From NCBI RefSeq assembly GCF_004010195.1, contig NC_057751.1:11024831-11088830 (forward strand): 64,000 bases of DNA. Direction: 5' to 3'. The notes beneath the pieces were generated by a model, which saw nothing but the letters and a program-made list of their open reading frames with translations, searched no databases and was not told where the DNA came from. The translations under genes and the position numbers were made by a program. Source of the stretch: Chiloscyllium plagiosum (lineage: Eukaryota). Positions 51,167 to 64,000 of this stretch are shown here, piece after piece. Each line of letters starts with the position of its first letter. Position 1 is the stretch's first letter.

Positions 51167-51366
51167 AGTTGAGAGTGTGTTGCTGGAGAAGCACAGCAGG
51201 TCAGGCAGCATCCGAGAGGCAGGAAAATCGATATTTCGGGCCTGATCAAGGGCTCTGGCCCGAAACGTCGATTTTCCTGCTCCTCGGATGCTCCTGACCT
51301 GCTGTGCTTTTCCAGCAACACACTCTCAACTCTGATCTCCAGCATCTGCAGACCTCACTGTCTCCT
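51167..51366. mobile_element. Short fold-back Penelope-derived element inside the Gmr1 RT region
   Basis: Inverted arms agttgagagtgtgttgctgga.../...tccagcaacacactctcaact interrupting the pol sequence. Confidence 0.85.
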
Positions 51367-51841
51367 TATTACCAAATCTGCCTTTCAAAGTTGACCGAAC
51401 AAGTCTGATAAATGTTGCAAATGTTCCTTCCACGTGTAACTAAAAATCACCAAGACATCTATGTATACAACACAGTTGGGTAGTCCAACAACGACTTTAT
51501 TGGTTGGTGTCTGAAATGTGGGTAGTGCATTTTTCATACCAAATGGCATGACTTTAAACTGATACAGTCCATTCGGCAATCCAAAAGCTGAAATTGCCTT
51601 TGCTCTTCCTAACAAAGATATCTGCCAGTATCCTCTGAGCAAGTCCAACTTAGAAATATAAGTTGTTTGTCCTGCCATCTCAACACAGTCTTCCAAACTC
51701 AGAATCGGATATGCATCAGTCTTTGTAACTGCACTGACCTTGCAATAGTCCACACATAACCGTTTTGGCACCATTATTATAGGTGAGCTCCAATCACTGT
51801 AATTCACTTTGGTTACGTTTTCTTGGAGCATGCGCTCAATC

Positions 51842-52569
51842 GCTGCTGAAAATGTGTTGCTCGAAAAGCACAGCAGGTCAGGCAGCATCCAAGGAGCAGG
51901 AGAATCGACGTTTCGGGCATGAGCCCTTCTTCAGGAATGAGGTAAGTGCCCAGCAGGCTAAGATAAAAGGTGGGGAGGAGGGGCTTGGGGGAGAGGCATT
52001 GGAAATGCGATAGGTGGAATGAGGTCAAGGTGAGGGTGATAGGCCGGAGTGGGGGTGGGGGCTGAGAGGTCAGGAAGAAGATTGCAGGTTAGGAAGGCGG
52101 TGCTGAGTTCGAGGGTTGGGACTGAGACAAGGTGGGGGGAGGGGAAATGAGGAAACTGGAGAAATCTGAGTTCATCCCTTGTGGTTGGAGGGTTCCTAGG
52201 TGGAAGATGAGGCGCTCTTCCTCCAGCCGTCGTGTTGCTATGGTCTGGCGATGGAGGAGTCCAAGGACCTGCATGTCCTTGGTGGAGTGGGAGGGGGAAT
52301 TGAAGTGTTGAGCCATGGGGTGGTTGGGTTGGTTGGTCCAGGTGTCCCAGAGGTGTTCTCTGAAACGTTCCGCAAGTAGGCAGCCTGACTCCCCAAGAAA
52401 GAGGAGGCCACATCGGGTGCAGCGGATGCAGTAAATGATGTGTGTGGAGGTGCAGGTGAATTTGTGGCGGATATGGAAGGATCCCTTGGGGCCTTGGAGG
52501 GAAGTAAGGGGGGGAGGTGTGGGCGCAAGTTTTGCATTTCTTGCGGTTGCAGGGGGTCCCAGAGGTGTT
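51842..52569 (-). mobile_element. 5'-truncated Penelope-like element (GIY-YIG endonuclease C-terminus plus terminal repeat) nested in the Gmr1 pol
   Basis: Frames give PCNRKKCKTC, FTCTSTHIIYCIRCTRCGLL, ERFREH, AQHFNSPSHS..MQVLGL..RRLEEERLIFHLGTLQPQGMN. 13-bp TSD catgcg(c/t)tcaatc at 51829-51841 and 52570-52582. Confidence 0.9.
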
Positions 52570-55500
52570 CATGCGTTCAATCTCCTTTTGAACCTTTGCT
52601 AACTTTAGAGGGTTATGCCCATTAATGTTGCTTAATCAGAACAGCACCTCCTATATCTACATCATGCACAATTAGGTCAGTACTGCCCAGTTTATTTCCG
52701 CATATCTCCCCTGTGATAGTAATAACTCTGTCAGGTCATGTCGATTTTCCTCTGGTAGGTAACTCAATAATTTATCTCAATTTTTAACAATTTCCTTATA
52801 GTCTAATTTAATTTGAGGAATGTCAAATTCAGAATCCTCTGACCTTGGTTCTTCCCTCTGTTTTGTGACCAATAATACAGTTTCCTTTGGCTTTCCTTCC
52901 CTGTCAAAATACCATTTGAACATGACGCACAATATGAGACTTCTTTCTGGCTAGAGTTCACCTCACTCAATTTCCTTTCGACTTGATAAGGTCCACTAAA
53001 CCTTGCTTTTGAAGGTTCACCTGTCATTGGAAGTAGCACTAACACCTTATCTCCGAGAGCAAAATTGCGAGTTTTTGATTTCTTGTCCGCTTTCTGTCTC
53101 ATTGTATGCTGTGATACTTTTAAATGCTGCCTTGCCAACTCCCCTGCTCTATTTCATCGTTCCCGACAATGTAACACATAGTCCAAATGAGTGGACTTTG
53201 AATTCTGAATTACCAATTTCACCTTAATCAATTTTAGTAGTCCTCTCGCTTCATGCCCACAAACTAAATCAAATGGACTCAATTTGGTCAATTCATTTGC
53301 TGCATCTCTGATCACATACAGCACAAATGGATTCTCTTATCCCAGTCATCTGGGTAGCCTTGACTATAAGATCTCACCATGGCCTTTAATGTCTGATGCC
53401 ACTTTTCTACCATTCCCTGCAATTCTGGATGTTACGCAGCAGATTTGAATTGTTTTATTGCTAAGCTGTCCATAACTTGCTAAAATAATTGTGATGTAAA
53501 GTTTGACCCTTGATCTGATTGTATTTCTTTGGGTAGGTCATATCTGTTGAAAAGTTTCAGTAATTCCTCAACAATCCTTTAAGCTATGCTGTTGTATAAT
53601 GCAATAGCCTCCGGAAATATCCTGGACACATCCATTATTGTTAACAAATACTGATTACCACTTTTTTGTTTTAATTAGGGGTCCTACACAATCAATTAAG
53701 ACTCTGTAAAAGATTCCTCAAATGCAGGAATAAGTATTAAAGGCATGGGTTTTATTACTGCCTGTAGTTTTCCAACTACCTGGCATATATGACATGTCTG
53801 GTAAAATTCAATTACATGCATGTGCAGTCCAGGCCAGTAAAAATGTTTTTGTATTATAGGTTGAGGTTTTCTTACCCCTAAATGACCTTCTACTGCTAAT
53901 TCATTCACTACCCATAACACTTCCTTTCTATAACCCACTGACAATACGATTTGATGAACTTCTGCCCATTTCTCATTGGCCTGACTTTGTGATGGTCTCC
54001 ATTTCCCCATTGAGACATACTTTTTGAGATAGTAGCACTCAGGAATACATTCGAGTTCTTTCTCTGTGTCTGCTTTTTGATTCAATTGCTTTAATTTTTC
54101 ATCTTTCTGCTGTAACTCAGTTAATTTATCTGATGTGTATTTTGTCATCTGCTCCTGGTTTGTCTCAACCATTTGATCAAACAGGGTCCCTCACAATTCC
54201 ACTTCAACTTTGTTATCTGTACTCTTTGATCTCTCCTGTTTCAACTGGTGGTTTTGTGAACTCGTTACTATACAGTCAGGAAACATACCAGGATATGCAG
54301 CCTGACTTTCCACTGGCTTTTCAACCAAAGTAGACAGCACTCCTACCTGTTAACCAGCTATATTGTTAGCAAGGACAAATTGTATTCCTGGAGCTGAGAG
54401 TTTGTCCAATACTCCTACCACGACTTCTCCACTCTTTACCGAACACTCTAACCTCACCACAAAATTGAGTGCTTCTTGTCTCACTGTGAATTCCTATCAC
54501 TAGACTTTTTCTGGCAGTAGTCCTTCTGAGGTACATGTCTCCTCATCTTTCGATATCAAAGATTAAGAGGATCCTGAATCACTTACTTAATACAGTAATC
54601 TCTTTACCTGCTGCTCTGGCCTATGAGAGTAAACTTTAGTTTTGCAAGTATATGATTTAAGAAGATCTGGCACTCCCTCCTTAACCAACCTCCAACCAAG
54701 TTGTACATTCTGGTGCAGATTTTTAGCCTCCACTGTGCTTTCTGTTACCACTCCAAAAAACTTCACTGGCTTATCCTGTTTCCCTACATCTGGTTTCCCA
54801 GTGCTTTTTCTAACCCACCAACATTGTGATTTCATATGGCCTATTTTTATTGCAGTGAAAACACCAGAGCTTTTTAACTTCTCTATCCCCTTCAAGGGTT
54901 TCCTTTTTACCCTGTGGTAAGTCATCCTTATGATCTTCACCGAGATTTATTTTTCCTTTACTATGTGAGGATTCCTCTTTTCCTCAATTTCTATCGTTCA
55001 CAGATTGAAACAGATTTTAGAAGCCAAACTTTGACCAACTCATAATCATCAGCCACTTCAGCTGCTAATCTTGCTGTTTTAACTCTCCGTTCTTCCATGA
55101 GTTCTCACTACTTCAGAAAGTTAATTTTTAAACTCCTCCGAAATAATCTCTAAGAGTGTCATATGTTTGCTCTATTTTTAATGCCCTTATCCACCAATCA
55201 AAATTATTTTGTTTGATCCTTTCAAACTCATTGTAGGTTTGATTAGGGTCCCTCCTTAGATTCCTGAAACGTTGTCTGTCGGCTTCTGGCACAAGTTCAT
55301 ACACACTTAAGTTGGCTTTCTTCACCTCCTCATATGACCCAGATATCTCCTCTGATAGTGATGCAAATACCTCACTAATTCTACTGACAAGTTTTGTTAA
55401 GATCAACAAAACCAACATAGTCACTAGCCACATTTGTTCAGCCACATTCTCAAATAAGATGAAAAAGGCTTCTACATCCTTCCCATCAAATGTAAGCAAT

Positions 55501-56199
55501 ACTTAAATATATTTTAACAGATCTCCACCAGGCCTTTGGCCACCATGGGTTTGCTCATCCTCGCTCTCTTCCTCACTGAGCTTATCTTCAGCCTTTATCT
55601 CCATCCTTTTAAGCTACTTTTCCTAACTCAGTGCCAATTTATGAAGTTCAAATTCCCTCTTTCTTCCTTTCTTCTCCCGCTTTTTGTCTTTCTTCTCTAT
55701 CTTTTTTGTTTTTGTTCTGCTGAAGCGATTCCGTCCTTTTCTTTTTGTTCTCCAAGGGCATTTTGTTTTTTTTCCCTTTCCATGTTTTAATCATAATTCA
55801 AACAATTTCATTCCTTTTTCTCTTTCTATTTCTTTTGCTTCTCACTAAAGCTGCTTCATTTTGAATGGAATTTTAGTCATCTCCAAAGATTCCGATGATG
55901 TTTCCAGCAAATTTAAATGCTCAGCTATTGCTGTAATTATTTGTCCCTTTCTTACAGATGAAGGCTTGACTGCCTTTTCCTTGTTCACCTTTTGCAAAAC
56001 CGCCAAAGTCACTTCTTCCACCACCAGAAAACCCTCAGTGACTGACAGAGGCACTACTACCTCAAACGGGTTTTAAAAGAACCAAATTCAACACCCAGAA
56101 CAAAAGACACTCACACACCTACAACTCTATACCTTTGAATCCAATAGTCCTCACCACAAATTGGAACTATAGAACAAATCCTGCAAAGAGCCCCCAATC

Positions 56200-56830
56200 T
56201 GTTATGGACCAAGCCAGATCCCCACAAAACATTTCAAGAAGGTAGCCCAAAACCTATTTCTTCCAGTTGTTTTAAGCAGGTGTAAGGTGGGTATTCCGGG
56301 ATGATGCAGCTAGCCCAACCATTAAATTTTAAACAGAACAGAATTTATTTACAGACTACCGAATGATACATAAGCAAAAGAAACCAGAATTTACATTAAC
56401 AACAATTTGAAAATCTGACTGAAATAATCTAACTTTAACAAGAGCTGTTCCAATTTCCTGCAACAACACGCCCATTGGCAAAAGGGTAAATTCAAACACA
56501 AGTTCTAAAGGGAGAGGTGTCAGAGAGAGAGGATCAGCCGGAACCCTCTGTTAAATCAGGGAACATTTTTCCCAGCAGCTTTCTTTGACCAGCAGCTTCA
56601 AACAAAACCAAACAAAAAACAAATTCCTGAACTGGGAGAACTGGCCACTCCCCTTTCATTGTACAAGTGTGTTTAAAAAAAGCCTGAAAGCCTTTTATGA
56701 TTGTTATCTTTGCCAGCATTTGTTAGCTATTATTAAAGTAGCCACTTCAGACATTTTGGCACCTCTGCCTTTACGATCCCTCTCAAAACAAATACCAAGG
56801 ACAGAATAACCCTGTTAAAGGATTGTCACA
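56200..56830 (-). repeat. 5' LTR of the Gmr1-like element
   Basis: Begins tgttatggacc on + like the copies at 48790 and 45461; adjacent to the PBS. Outer end approximate. Confidence 0.85.
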
Positions 56831-56834
56831 GGAC

Positions 56835-57965
56835 CCGTGGTGCTCGAGGCAAGGTGCTAGCATGAGTAGAAGATTGGCTGTCTGGCAGAAAGCAGAGAGT
56901 GGAGATAAAAGGGTCTTTCTTAGGATGGCAATCAGTAACAAGTGGTGTTCTGCAAGGCTCAATGCTTGGACCACAACTTTTCACTTATACATTAATGATC
57001 TACATGATGGGACTGTGGGCATTCTGACTAAGTCTTCAGACAATTCAAAGATAGGTAGAGGGACAGGTAGTATTGAGGAGGTGGGAAGGCTGCAGAAGGA
57101 TTCGGACAGGTTTGGAGAGTGAGCAAAGAAGTGGCAGAAGGAGTACAACGTGGGCACGTGTGAGGTCATACACCTTGGTAAGAAGAACAGAAAGATGCTG
57201 CCTGACCTGCTGCGCTTTTCCAGCAACACATTTTCAGCTAAGAAGTACAGAAGCATGGACTATTTTCTAAATGGGGAGAAAATTCATAAGTCTGAAGTGC
57301 AAAGAGATGAGGGAGTTCTAGTCCAGGATTTTCTTAAGGTAAACTTGTTGGTTGAGTCAGTAGTTAGGAAAGCATATGCAATGTTGGCATTTATTTTGAG
57401 AGGACTTGAATACAAAAGCAGGGATGTACTTCTGAGGCTCTATAAGGCTCCGGTCAGACCACATTTGGAGTATTCTGCACAGTTTTGGGCCCCATATCTC
57501 AGCAAAGATGCACTGGCCCTGGAGCAGGTTCAAAAGAGCTTCATGAAAATTGTCTCAGGAATGAAAAGCTTAACATATGAGGAAGATTTGAGGACTTGGG
57601 AACGATACTTGATGGAGTTTAGAAGGATGAAAGGGGATCTAATTGAAACTTACAGAATTCTGAATGGCCTGGACAGATTAGGAGAGACTGGGAACCAAGG
57701 GCACAGCTTAGAATAAAAGGTAGACCTTTCAGAACAGAGATAAGGAGAAACTTCTTCAGCCAGAGAGTGGTGAATCTTTGGCACAGAGGGCTGTGGAGGT
57801 CAGGTCACTGAGTATATTTTAGACAGAGATAGATAGGTTCTTGATTGTCAATGGGATCAAGGGTTACGGGGAGAAAGCGGAAGAATGAGAAACTTATCAG
57901 CCATGATTGAATGACAGACTGGATGGGCAATATGGTCTAATTATTGCTCCTATGTATTATGGTCT
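56835..57965 (+). mobile_element. CR1 LINE RT and 3' end
   Basis: LYINDL, ESVVRKAYAMLAFILRGLEYKSRDVLLRLYKAPVRPHLEYSAQFWAPY, GDLIETYRIL; interrupted by a Penelope monomer at ~57193-57238. Confidence 0.9.
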
Positions 57966-60964
57966 TTAGCCACTCACCTACCTGATTTGGAAATATATTG
58001 CCGTTCCTTCACTGTCGCTGGGTCAACATCCTGGAATTCCCTCCTGAAGGGCATTGTGGGTCTTTGTACAGCAGATGGAAGTGAAGAAGTTCAAGAAAGC
58101 AGCTCACCACCACCTTCTCAAAGGCAACTAGGGATTGACAATAAAGCTCAACAGCCGGCGATGCCCATGCCCCATGAATGAATGATAAAAGAATGAAAAA
58201 AGGAAGATAATTTCCCAATGAATTTTCCCAATGGTTTTGCTAGTAATGACTGACCAATAACAACAGGTCTTGTAAGAATGCCTTTCACTTTTTGGAATTG
58301 TTAGATTGGATATTTCATTTCCATCTAACATCATCATGCTAACATATCAATTCTCAACTTTTCGTACCTGATTTTGAAAACCTGGGAGGGGGGATCTTAA
58401 CTGGACAGCAACAGTTTCAAAGAGAAAAAACTACCAATTGACAAAAGGCTGAAGTAATCATTTCAACACGGACTGAGTCAAGCATCATGAAACCATCAAA
58501 ACACAAAAATCGGACTGTACAGGAATTTAGATTATTAACAGCCAAGACTAAAGCAACTTAAGAGTGATTTGAGTTACATCAATATGAAAAATTCACATGA
58601 TGGAAATTTTGAAAAAACTTGACAGTGATTGTCCAACTTGAAGACAAGGAGGTCAGACACTGAAATTCACACACTAGGGAGATTGTTTCAGAAAGATAAT
58701 TTTGGGTAACAGCAGGGGAAATGAATTTGTAACTCGAACTGGAGAAGGCTGTCTCTTTCTCCCCTTTGTCTCTCAGTCTCACAAGGTCAAAATACCCAGT
58801 GGTAGTTCAAACTGGAGAGAATCAGCCAAACACCAAGATCTCAATGCTATCAGATATATTCCCAATCCAACCATTGTTTCAGGAGGATAGGCACATGAAT
58901 GACAGTGAAATGCAAGGTATGTAGGTTAGTTTGATCTTGGAGTAGGATAAAACATTGGCACAACATTGAGGGCTGAAAGGCCTGTACTGTTCTATGTTGT
59001 ATGTTCTAAAATCTAACACCTCATGAACCCTAAGGATTTGAAACTGCATGTTCTTTTATCTTCCTAAATTGGATGTGACACTGTCCTCTCTTTAATTTTC
59101 TACTTGTGTTGTGTGGATGTTTGATGTTGCATCATTATTTTTCTCTGTTTTCATTTACACAGATTACAAATCTATCTTCATTGGTCAACATTCGTATCTG
59201 GATTGTGACAGTTCTATTCACCATAGATTGGCCTATTCAGCAATTTTGTAAATAGGGGCCGAGCCATTTGTTCCAAATGCAAGTTTGAAGTAGAAATAAG
59301 GCATATCAAAGTGATCCTGTGAGATAACTTCCAACCTGATCAGATCATTTTTTCAATGCATTTTACATCAATCAGGAATTAATCGAAGGCCAGCACTTTT
59401 GTTTTGGAAAGTGCTCAGGTTACTTTGGAAGGGTAAATGACTCAAGGGTTTTAGCAACAGGTGAAACTGGATATTTCACGCATTTAGAATATGAGTCATG
59501 CTTGCAACAAACACAATGCTGTGGTCATGCCAAAAAGACATGTGCCAATGACACAAATGTGGCGTCTGAATTCCATTGCTAGCATGATGCTCGGTAAATC
59601 AGCCATACATCCTTTCTGATTGGCTGATGATGACAAACAACACAACCTTTTGGCTGTTCACAATAACTAAAGTCATGACTACACCCATCCAGTCTGTCTG
59701 ACAAAACACAGAACAGTGTCCAAAATTACATGCAATCCTGCAATTAGTCACCATTTGCAAAATAATCCTGTGTGAGCCAAGAATCATGCTGCAAACTAAT
59801 TTAGGATTGTCAGCCTAGCTTGGAGTGTGCCACACCTTCTTGGACTGGAAGGTACATACATTATTACACAGAACCATGTTCATTGTCAGCAGAAGTAAAA
59901 TGTACACAATACTGCACCTGTTTCAATTCAGCAAAATAGGTGATAACCATTTGCTAGTTAAATTCTCAGGGCAATGGCTTGTCCAATCAACATCAACTAC
60001 CTGGTTTGAAATTTAAACAAATTTTGGCAGTTAACGATCAGTCATGATCAATTGGTGCATTCTCCATGGCAACACCACTATCAATCAGAGTCCACTTACT
60101 AACCAAATCAATACGTTCCTCTCGTGCAAGTGAGATGTTTTTTTCCTTTTACTTTGGTATTTCTTGTAAATTGTCCTGACGAGTGTGACAAAATATATCT
60201 TTTTTTTAGCATACTGAAATACTCTATCACCAAACTGCTACAAAAAGTGCAAGAGTTAAAAGTTGTTCTTGCCTACGATATTATAGAGTTTAATTTGTTG
60301 GGTAACTATTTAACTGACACTGTTGTTTTGGTGTTTGATGAAACTACAGCATATATACGACTGGAGAATTTTCATGGCCATGTCATGAAACAAATAGCCA
60401 AGACAGTTTTAACATAAAAGGTGGAATAATTGAGACAGTGGTAAAAAAGATTGAAATCTTAAACCTTGCTGAAAAGGTGTTCTGAAAGCTTTTGATTTTG
60501 CACTCATCGTGAAAAATATGCAAAAAGCCATATTTCAAAATATCACAACAATTTATACCTGAGGAGGAAAGTGGGTTAAACAGTGAGGGAAGAATGGGTG
60601 AAAATGGAGAAGGGGAAACTTATGACTGAGTGGTACTTCAGTAATGTATCTCTCTTTTCAGCAATACTTGACAGATTAAAACCGAAAGAACTATGGATGC
60701 TGGAAATCAAATAAAAACAGAAATGGCTGAAAAAGCTCAGTGGGTCTGGCAGCATCTGTGATCCTTCCTCAATGGATCCGAAATGTTAACTCTGATTTCT
60801 GTCCACAGATGCTATCAGATCTGTTCAGCTTTTTCAGCCATTTCTGTTTTTGTTTCGACAGATCTGTTGTGTTAGGAACATGCAGCAAATGCAGGCCATT
60901 TTCTCCCTCAAGCCTGTTCCAGCATTTTGGCTGATCTGCAGCTGAACTTCTACCTTTGCCCCAT

Positions 60965-61405
60965 TCAGCTCCTATGCTGCTGAACCCTCATGTGTGTCTT
61001 TCTTACCTCGAGACTGAACAACTACAATGCAGTCCTGGCCAGCCTCCCATGTCCTTCCTTTTGTAATTCTGAAATAATTTCAAAGCTCTGCTGCCCATAT
61101 TTGAACTTGACGAAAATCCATTCAACTGTTCCTGTGTTCATAGACCTCCAGTGGTTGACAGTTAGCAAACACCTCATTTCAAAGGTCTCATCCTGCTTTA
61201 TAAATTACTTCATAAAGTAGCCCCTTGTTACCTCTGTACTCCTCTCCAGTCCGACAATGTTCTTCTAATTCTGGCCTCTTGAGCATCCCTAATTTTAATT
61301 GCGCCACCATCAGCAGTGGTGCCTTCAGCTGCTTGGGCCCTAAATACCAGAATTCCTTCCCTAAACTTCTCCATCTCTCGATTTTTCTCTCCTCTTCAAA
61401 GCTGT
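60965..61405 (+). mobile_element. L2 LINE 3' fragment (another L2-like tail at ~21330-21540)
   Basis: TSRLNNYNAVLASLP and DLQWLTV resemble the L2 SRLDY.N.LL.GLP / LHWLPV motifs; gccttcagctgc tail. Confidence 0.65.
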
Positions 61406-61409
61406 TGCA

Positions 61410-62360
61410 GGAGGTGGACACTGTCCAATAGAAGACAGAGTTGGGATAAGAGGGAGGTGGGCATTTTTAGTTGGGCAACCTGTAACCAGTGGAGCACTAC
61501 AGGTATCAGTGCTGGGACCACAACTATTTATCATATATACTCATGATATGGATGAGGAAAGTGAATGTACTATAGCTGAGTTTGCGGATGACATGAACTG
61601 AGGTAGGAAGGCAATCAGTGAGGATAACACAAAGAGTCTGCAGAGAATATTTACAGATTAAGAGAGTGGGCAAAAACTTGGCACATGGAATACAATATGG
61701 GAAAATGTGAGGTTATGCACTTTGGCATGAAGAATGGGAAGCTGAATATTATTAAACTTAGAGAAAGATTACAGAAAACTACAGCAGAAGTCACAAAAAA
61801 CTCGGAGACAAGTTCAACAAGTAATAGGGACAACAAAAAATATTTGGGTCTTCATTTCAAAAGGAATAAAACATAGAACCAGGGAAGTCTTGCTAAAAGT
61901 AGACAAGGCGCTAGTTAGGAGAAAGTGAGGACTGCAGATGCTGGAGAATCAGGGTCGAAAACGGTGGCACTGGAAAAACACAGCAGTTCAGCCAGCATCC
62001 GAGGAGCGGGAGAGTCAATAATTCAGGCATAAGCCCTTCATCAGGCACTGATTAGGCCACAGCTGGAATATTGTAAACAGCTTTGGTCCACTGGTTGGGC
62101 CTTTGAAGAATGAGAGGGAACCTTATTGAAACATATTCGATTTTTAGATTATTTAACAGGATGCAGAAAGATTATTTCCCTTGTGGGAGGGTCTAGTACC
62201 AGAGGGCAGAATATTAAAATGAAAGCTCACCTCTTTAAGAGGGAGATGAGGATGAATTTTTTCTCTCAGAGGATAGTGAATCTATTGAATTCTGGATCAC
62301 AGAGGGCTGTCTAAGTTGGATCACTAAGTAATATCAAGGCTGAGATAGGTAACATCTTCA
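61410..62360 (+). mobile_element. Diverged CR1 RT/3' fragment (other old CR1 remnants at ~2275-2440, 18500-19060, 36780-38520, 43270-43770)
   Basis: QVSVLGPQLF, FADD, MEYNMGKCEVMHFG, FFSQRIVNL motifs. Confidence 0.8.
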
Positions 62361-63399
62361 GTCCAAAGATGTACAAATTCGGTGGTTGCTAAATTGTCCA
62401 TTGTATCCAGGGATATGTAGACAAGATGGATTAGCCATGGGAAATGCAGGATTATAGGGATAAGGTAAGGGTATGGGTGTGCGTGGGATGCTCCTCAGAG
62501 GGTCAGTGTGGACTCAATGGGCCAAATGGCCTGCTTCCACACTGTAGCGAATTCATGATTGTCAGAGCAGCTCCAATCTCATTGAATAGTAGAGGAGACT
62601 TGATCGGCTGAATGGTCTAGTTCTGCTTTATGGCTAACAGTATTATTGTTTTTGAAGCCTTGAAAAATTGCACCAAGAACAGGGTTTGATTTGTATGCCA
62701 GGTATAAAAGTGAACGACCAGTATGGGAGTTCAGCATTTTTGCTGTTTGCCTCTCAGCATCCTCTCTGTGTAGTTGTGTCTTAAATTTCTGTGCATTTTT
62801 GCTTGCTTGATCCTTTGTACCCAGTTTACTGAAAAGGTACTGGCAAGTAAAATATCCTTTTGTGGCGTGAAAATTTGAGGCTGATGACTGGTGTACAATG
62901 TTGTAGCTGTAAATAAAACAGTGGAGGATTGGCTCTGTCGAGGTATAAGCTATGTATTTGCAAAGCATTATTTCTGAGGCTGAATAAAATGGGGGTCATC
63001 ATGTTTACAAATTCTAACCAATCTGCTGATCACCCCACCCTTATTTTCCATCCACTTTTGGGATGTTGCTTGCTAAGCCTGCATTTATTGCCTACCCCTA
63101 ATTTCCAGAGGGCAGTTAACAGTCAACCACATTGCTGTGGGTATGGAGCAACATGTCGGCCAGACCAGATGAGGCTGACAGATTTCCTTCCCTAAAGGAC
63201 ATTAGGTAACCAAATGGGTTTTTCCTGACAGTCAGAAATGGATTCATGGTCATCATTGGACTCTTAATTCCAGATATTTATTGAATTCAAATTCCACCTC
63301 TGCCATGGTGGGATTTGAATTCAATAAATATCTGCCACAGAAATAAACTGTTGTTCTCTTTTAGAACTTGGAGCAAGAATTGGCTTTATAAAGGAATGA

Positions 63400-63525
63400 G
63401 GAGAAAGTGAGGACTGCAGATGCTGGAGATCAGAGCTGAAAATGTGTTGCTGGAAAAGCATAGCAGGTCAGGCAGCATCCAGGGAACAGGAGAATCGACG
63501 TTTCGGGCACAAGCCCTTCTTCAGG
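63400..63525 (-). mobile_element. Penelope-derived terminal-repeat monomer with TSD (other monomers at ~5258-5385, 21200-21330, 57193-57238, 61919-62045)
   Basis: gagaaagtgaggactgcagatgctggag...cccttcttcagg unit; TSD aaggaatga at 63391-63399 and 63526-63534. Confidence 0.85.
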
Positions 63526-64000
63526 AAGGAATGACATGGGTTATATTTCTTTCCAGGAAAAAAGGACAGGGTCACAACTAAAAGATTTTTTTTACTGTTT
63601 ACATTGTGTGCATCTGAACTTGGTCAAATGCAATGAATGCATGTGTAACTGCAGATGATATTCTTTCCTCACAGCGGAAACAACGTCTTCGCAACTCCAT
63701 CTCCCCTTAATATACCATTTGCCCATGCACTGCACATTGAAATTAGCAGACCATTTTCAACAACAAAGAAAATTTGGAGGGATTTTACTTACATAGCATA
63801 CCTTCAGTGTCTGAATCAAACTAACTCATGCTCTCCTCAAGTATTCATACCTTATAAAACAAAGTAATTTCATATTCTTTCAGAAATTCATTTGCCTTAA
63901 TGCTACCAATTTTGAATGCAAAATGCTAGGATCCTTATTTCAACAAGAACAGTAACAAATACTAACTTACTTTGACTGCTGAAGTTATTTAAAAAAAATT

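Larger units (their letters stand above)
48790..56830 (-). mobile_element. Decayed Gmr1-like Ty3/gypsy LTR retrotransposon (gag-PR-INT-RT-RH) with nested insertions
   Basis: Two related LTRs (~56830-56200 and 50287-48790). tRNA-Pro-like PBS TGGGGGCTC at ~56196-56178; PPT AAGGGAAGAGG next to TG at 50287. Gag with ELVPEADRQRFR and GHMKSQCW; protease DSG at ~54580-54572; integrase GHLG..FYWPG..CHICQ, IDCVGPL, SDQGSNF, FSGPY; RT KLDLLRGYWQI, MPFGMKNA, YIDV; RNase H DASDVG, YTDHNPL. Many stops and frameshifts. Confidence 0.92.

Noticed and set aside
62579..62968. 129-aa minus-strand ORF in non-repeat sequence
   Set aside because: No recognisable domain or LETM2 similarity, no ATG start, no convincing splice sites.

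Overview
Eukaryotic vertebrate DNA, most likely an elasmobranch (shark), judging from HE1/V-SINE-type SINEs, Deu-domain SINEs, abundant CR1 LINEs and Penelope-derived repeats. The left 41 kb holds the 5' part of NSD3 (WHSC1L1, H3K36 methyltransferase) on the minus strand. It comprises a CpG-island promoter with a probable first exon (~40.9-41.3 kb), the ATG exon (30361-29637), two PWWP1 exons (10902-10746, 6684-6530) and the next large exon (1458-~956); the gene continues past the left edge. The right 23 kb contains no recognisable host gene and is a transposon graveyard: a decayed Gmr1-type Ty3/gypsy LTR retrotransposon (integrase upstream of RT), a solo LTR, a long CR1 and nested Penelope pieces. 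Most notable observations: (1) a dispersed family of short, TSD-flanked, often fold-back Penelope-derived elements carrying a minimal hammerhead-ribozyme-like core, several in the sense orientation of the NSD3 pre-mRNA; (2) a predicted spliced 45-aa upstream ORF with a strong Kozak context that overlaps the NSD3 start codon out of frame; (3) kb-distance templated insertions; (4) a diverged intronic duplicate pair with H/ACA-like hallmarks. Repeat boundaries are approximate and all homology calls come from motif recognition, not database searches.
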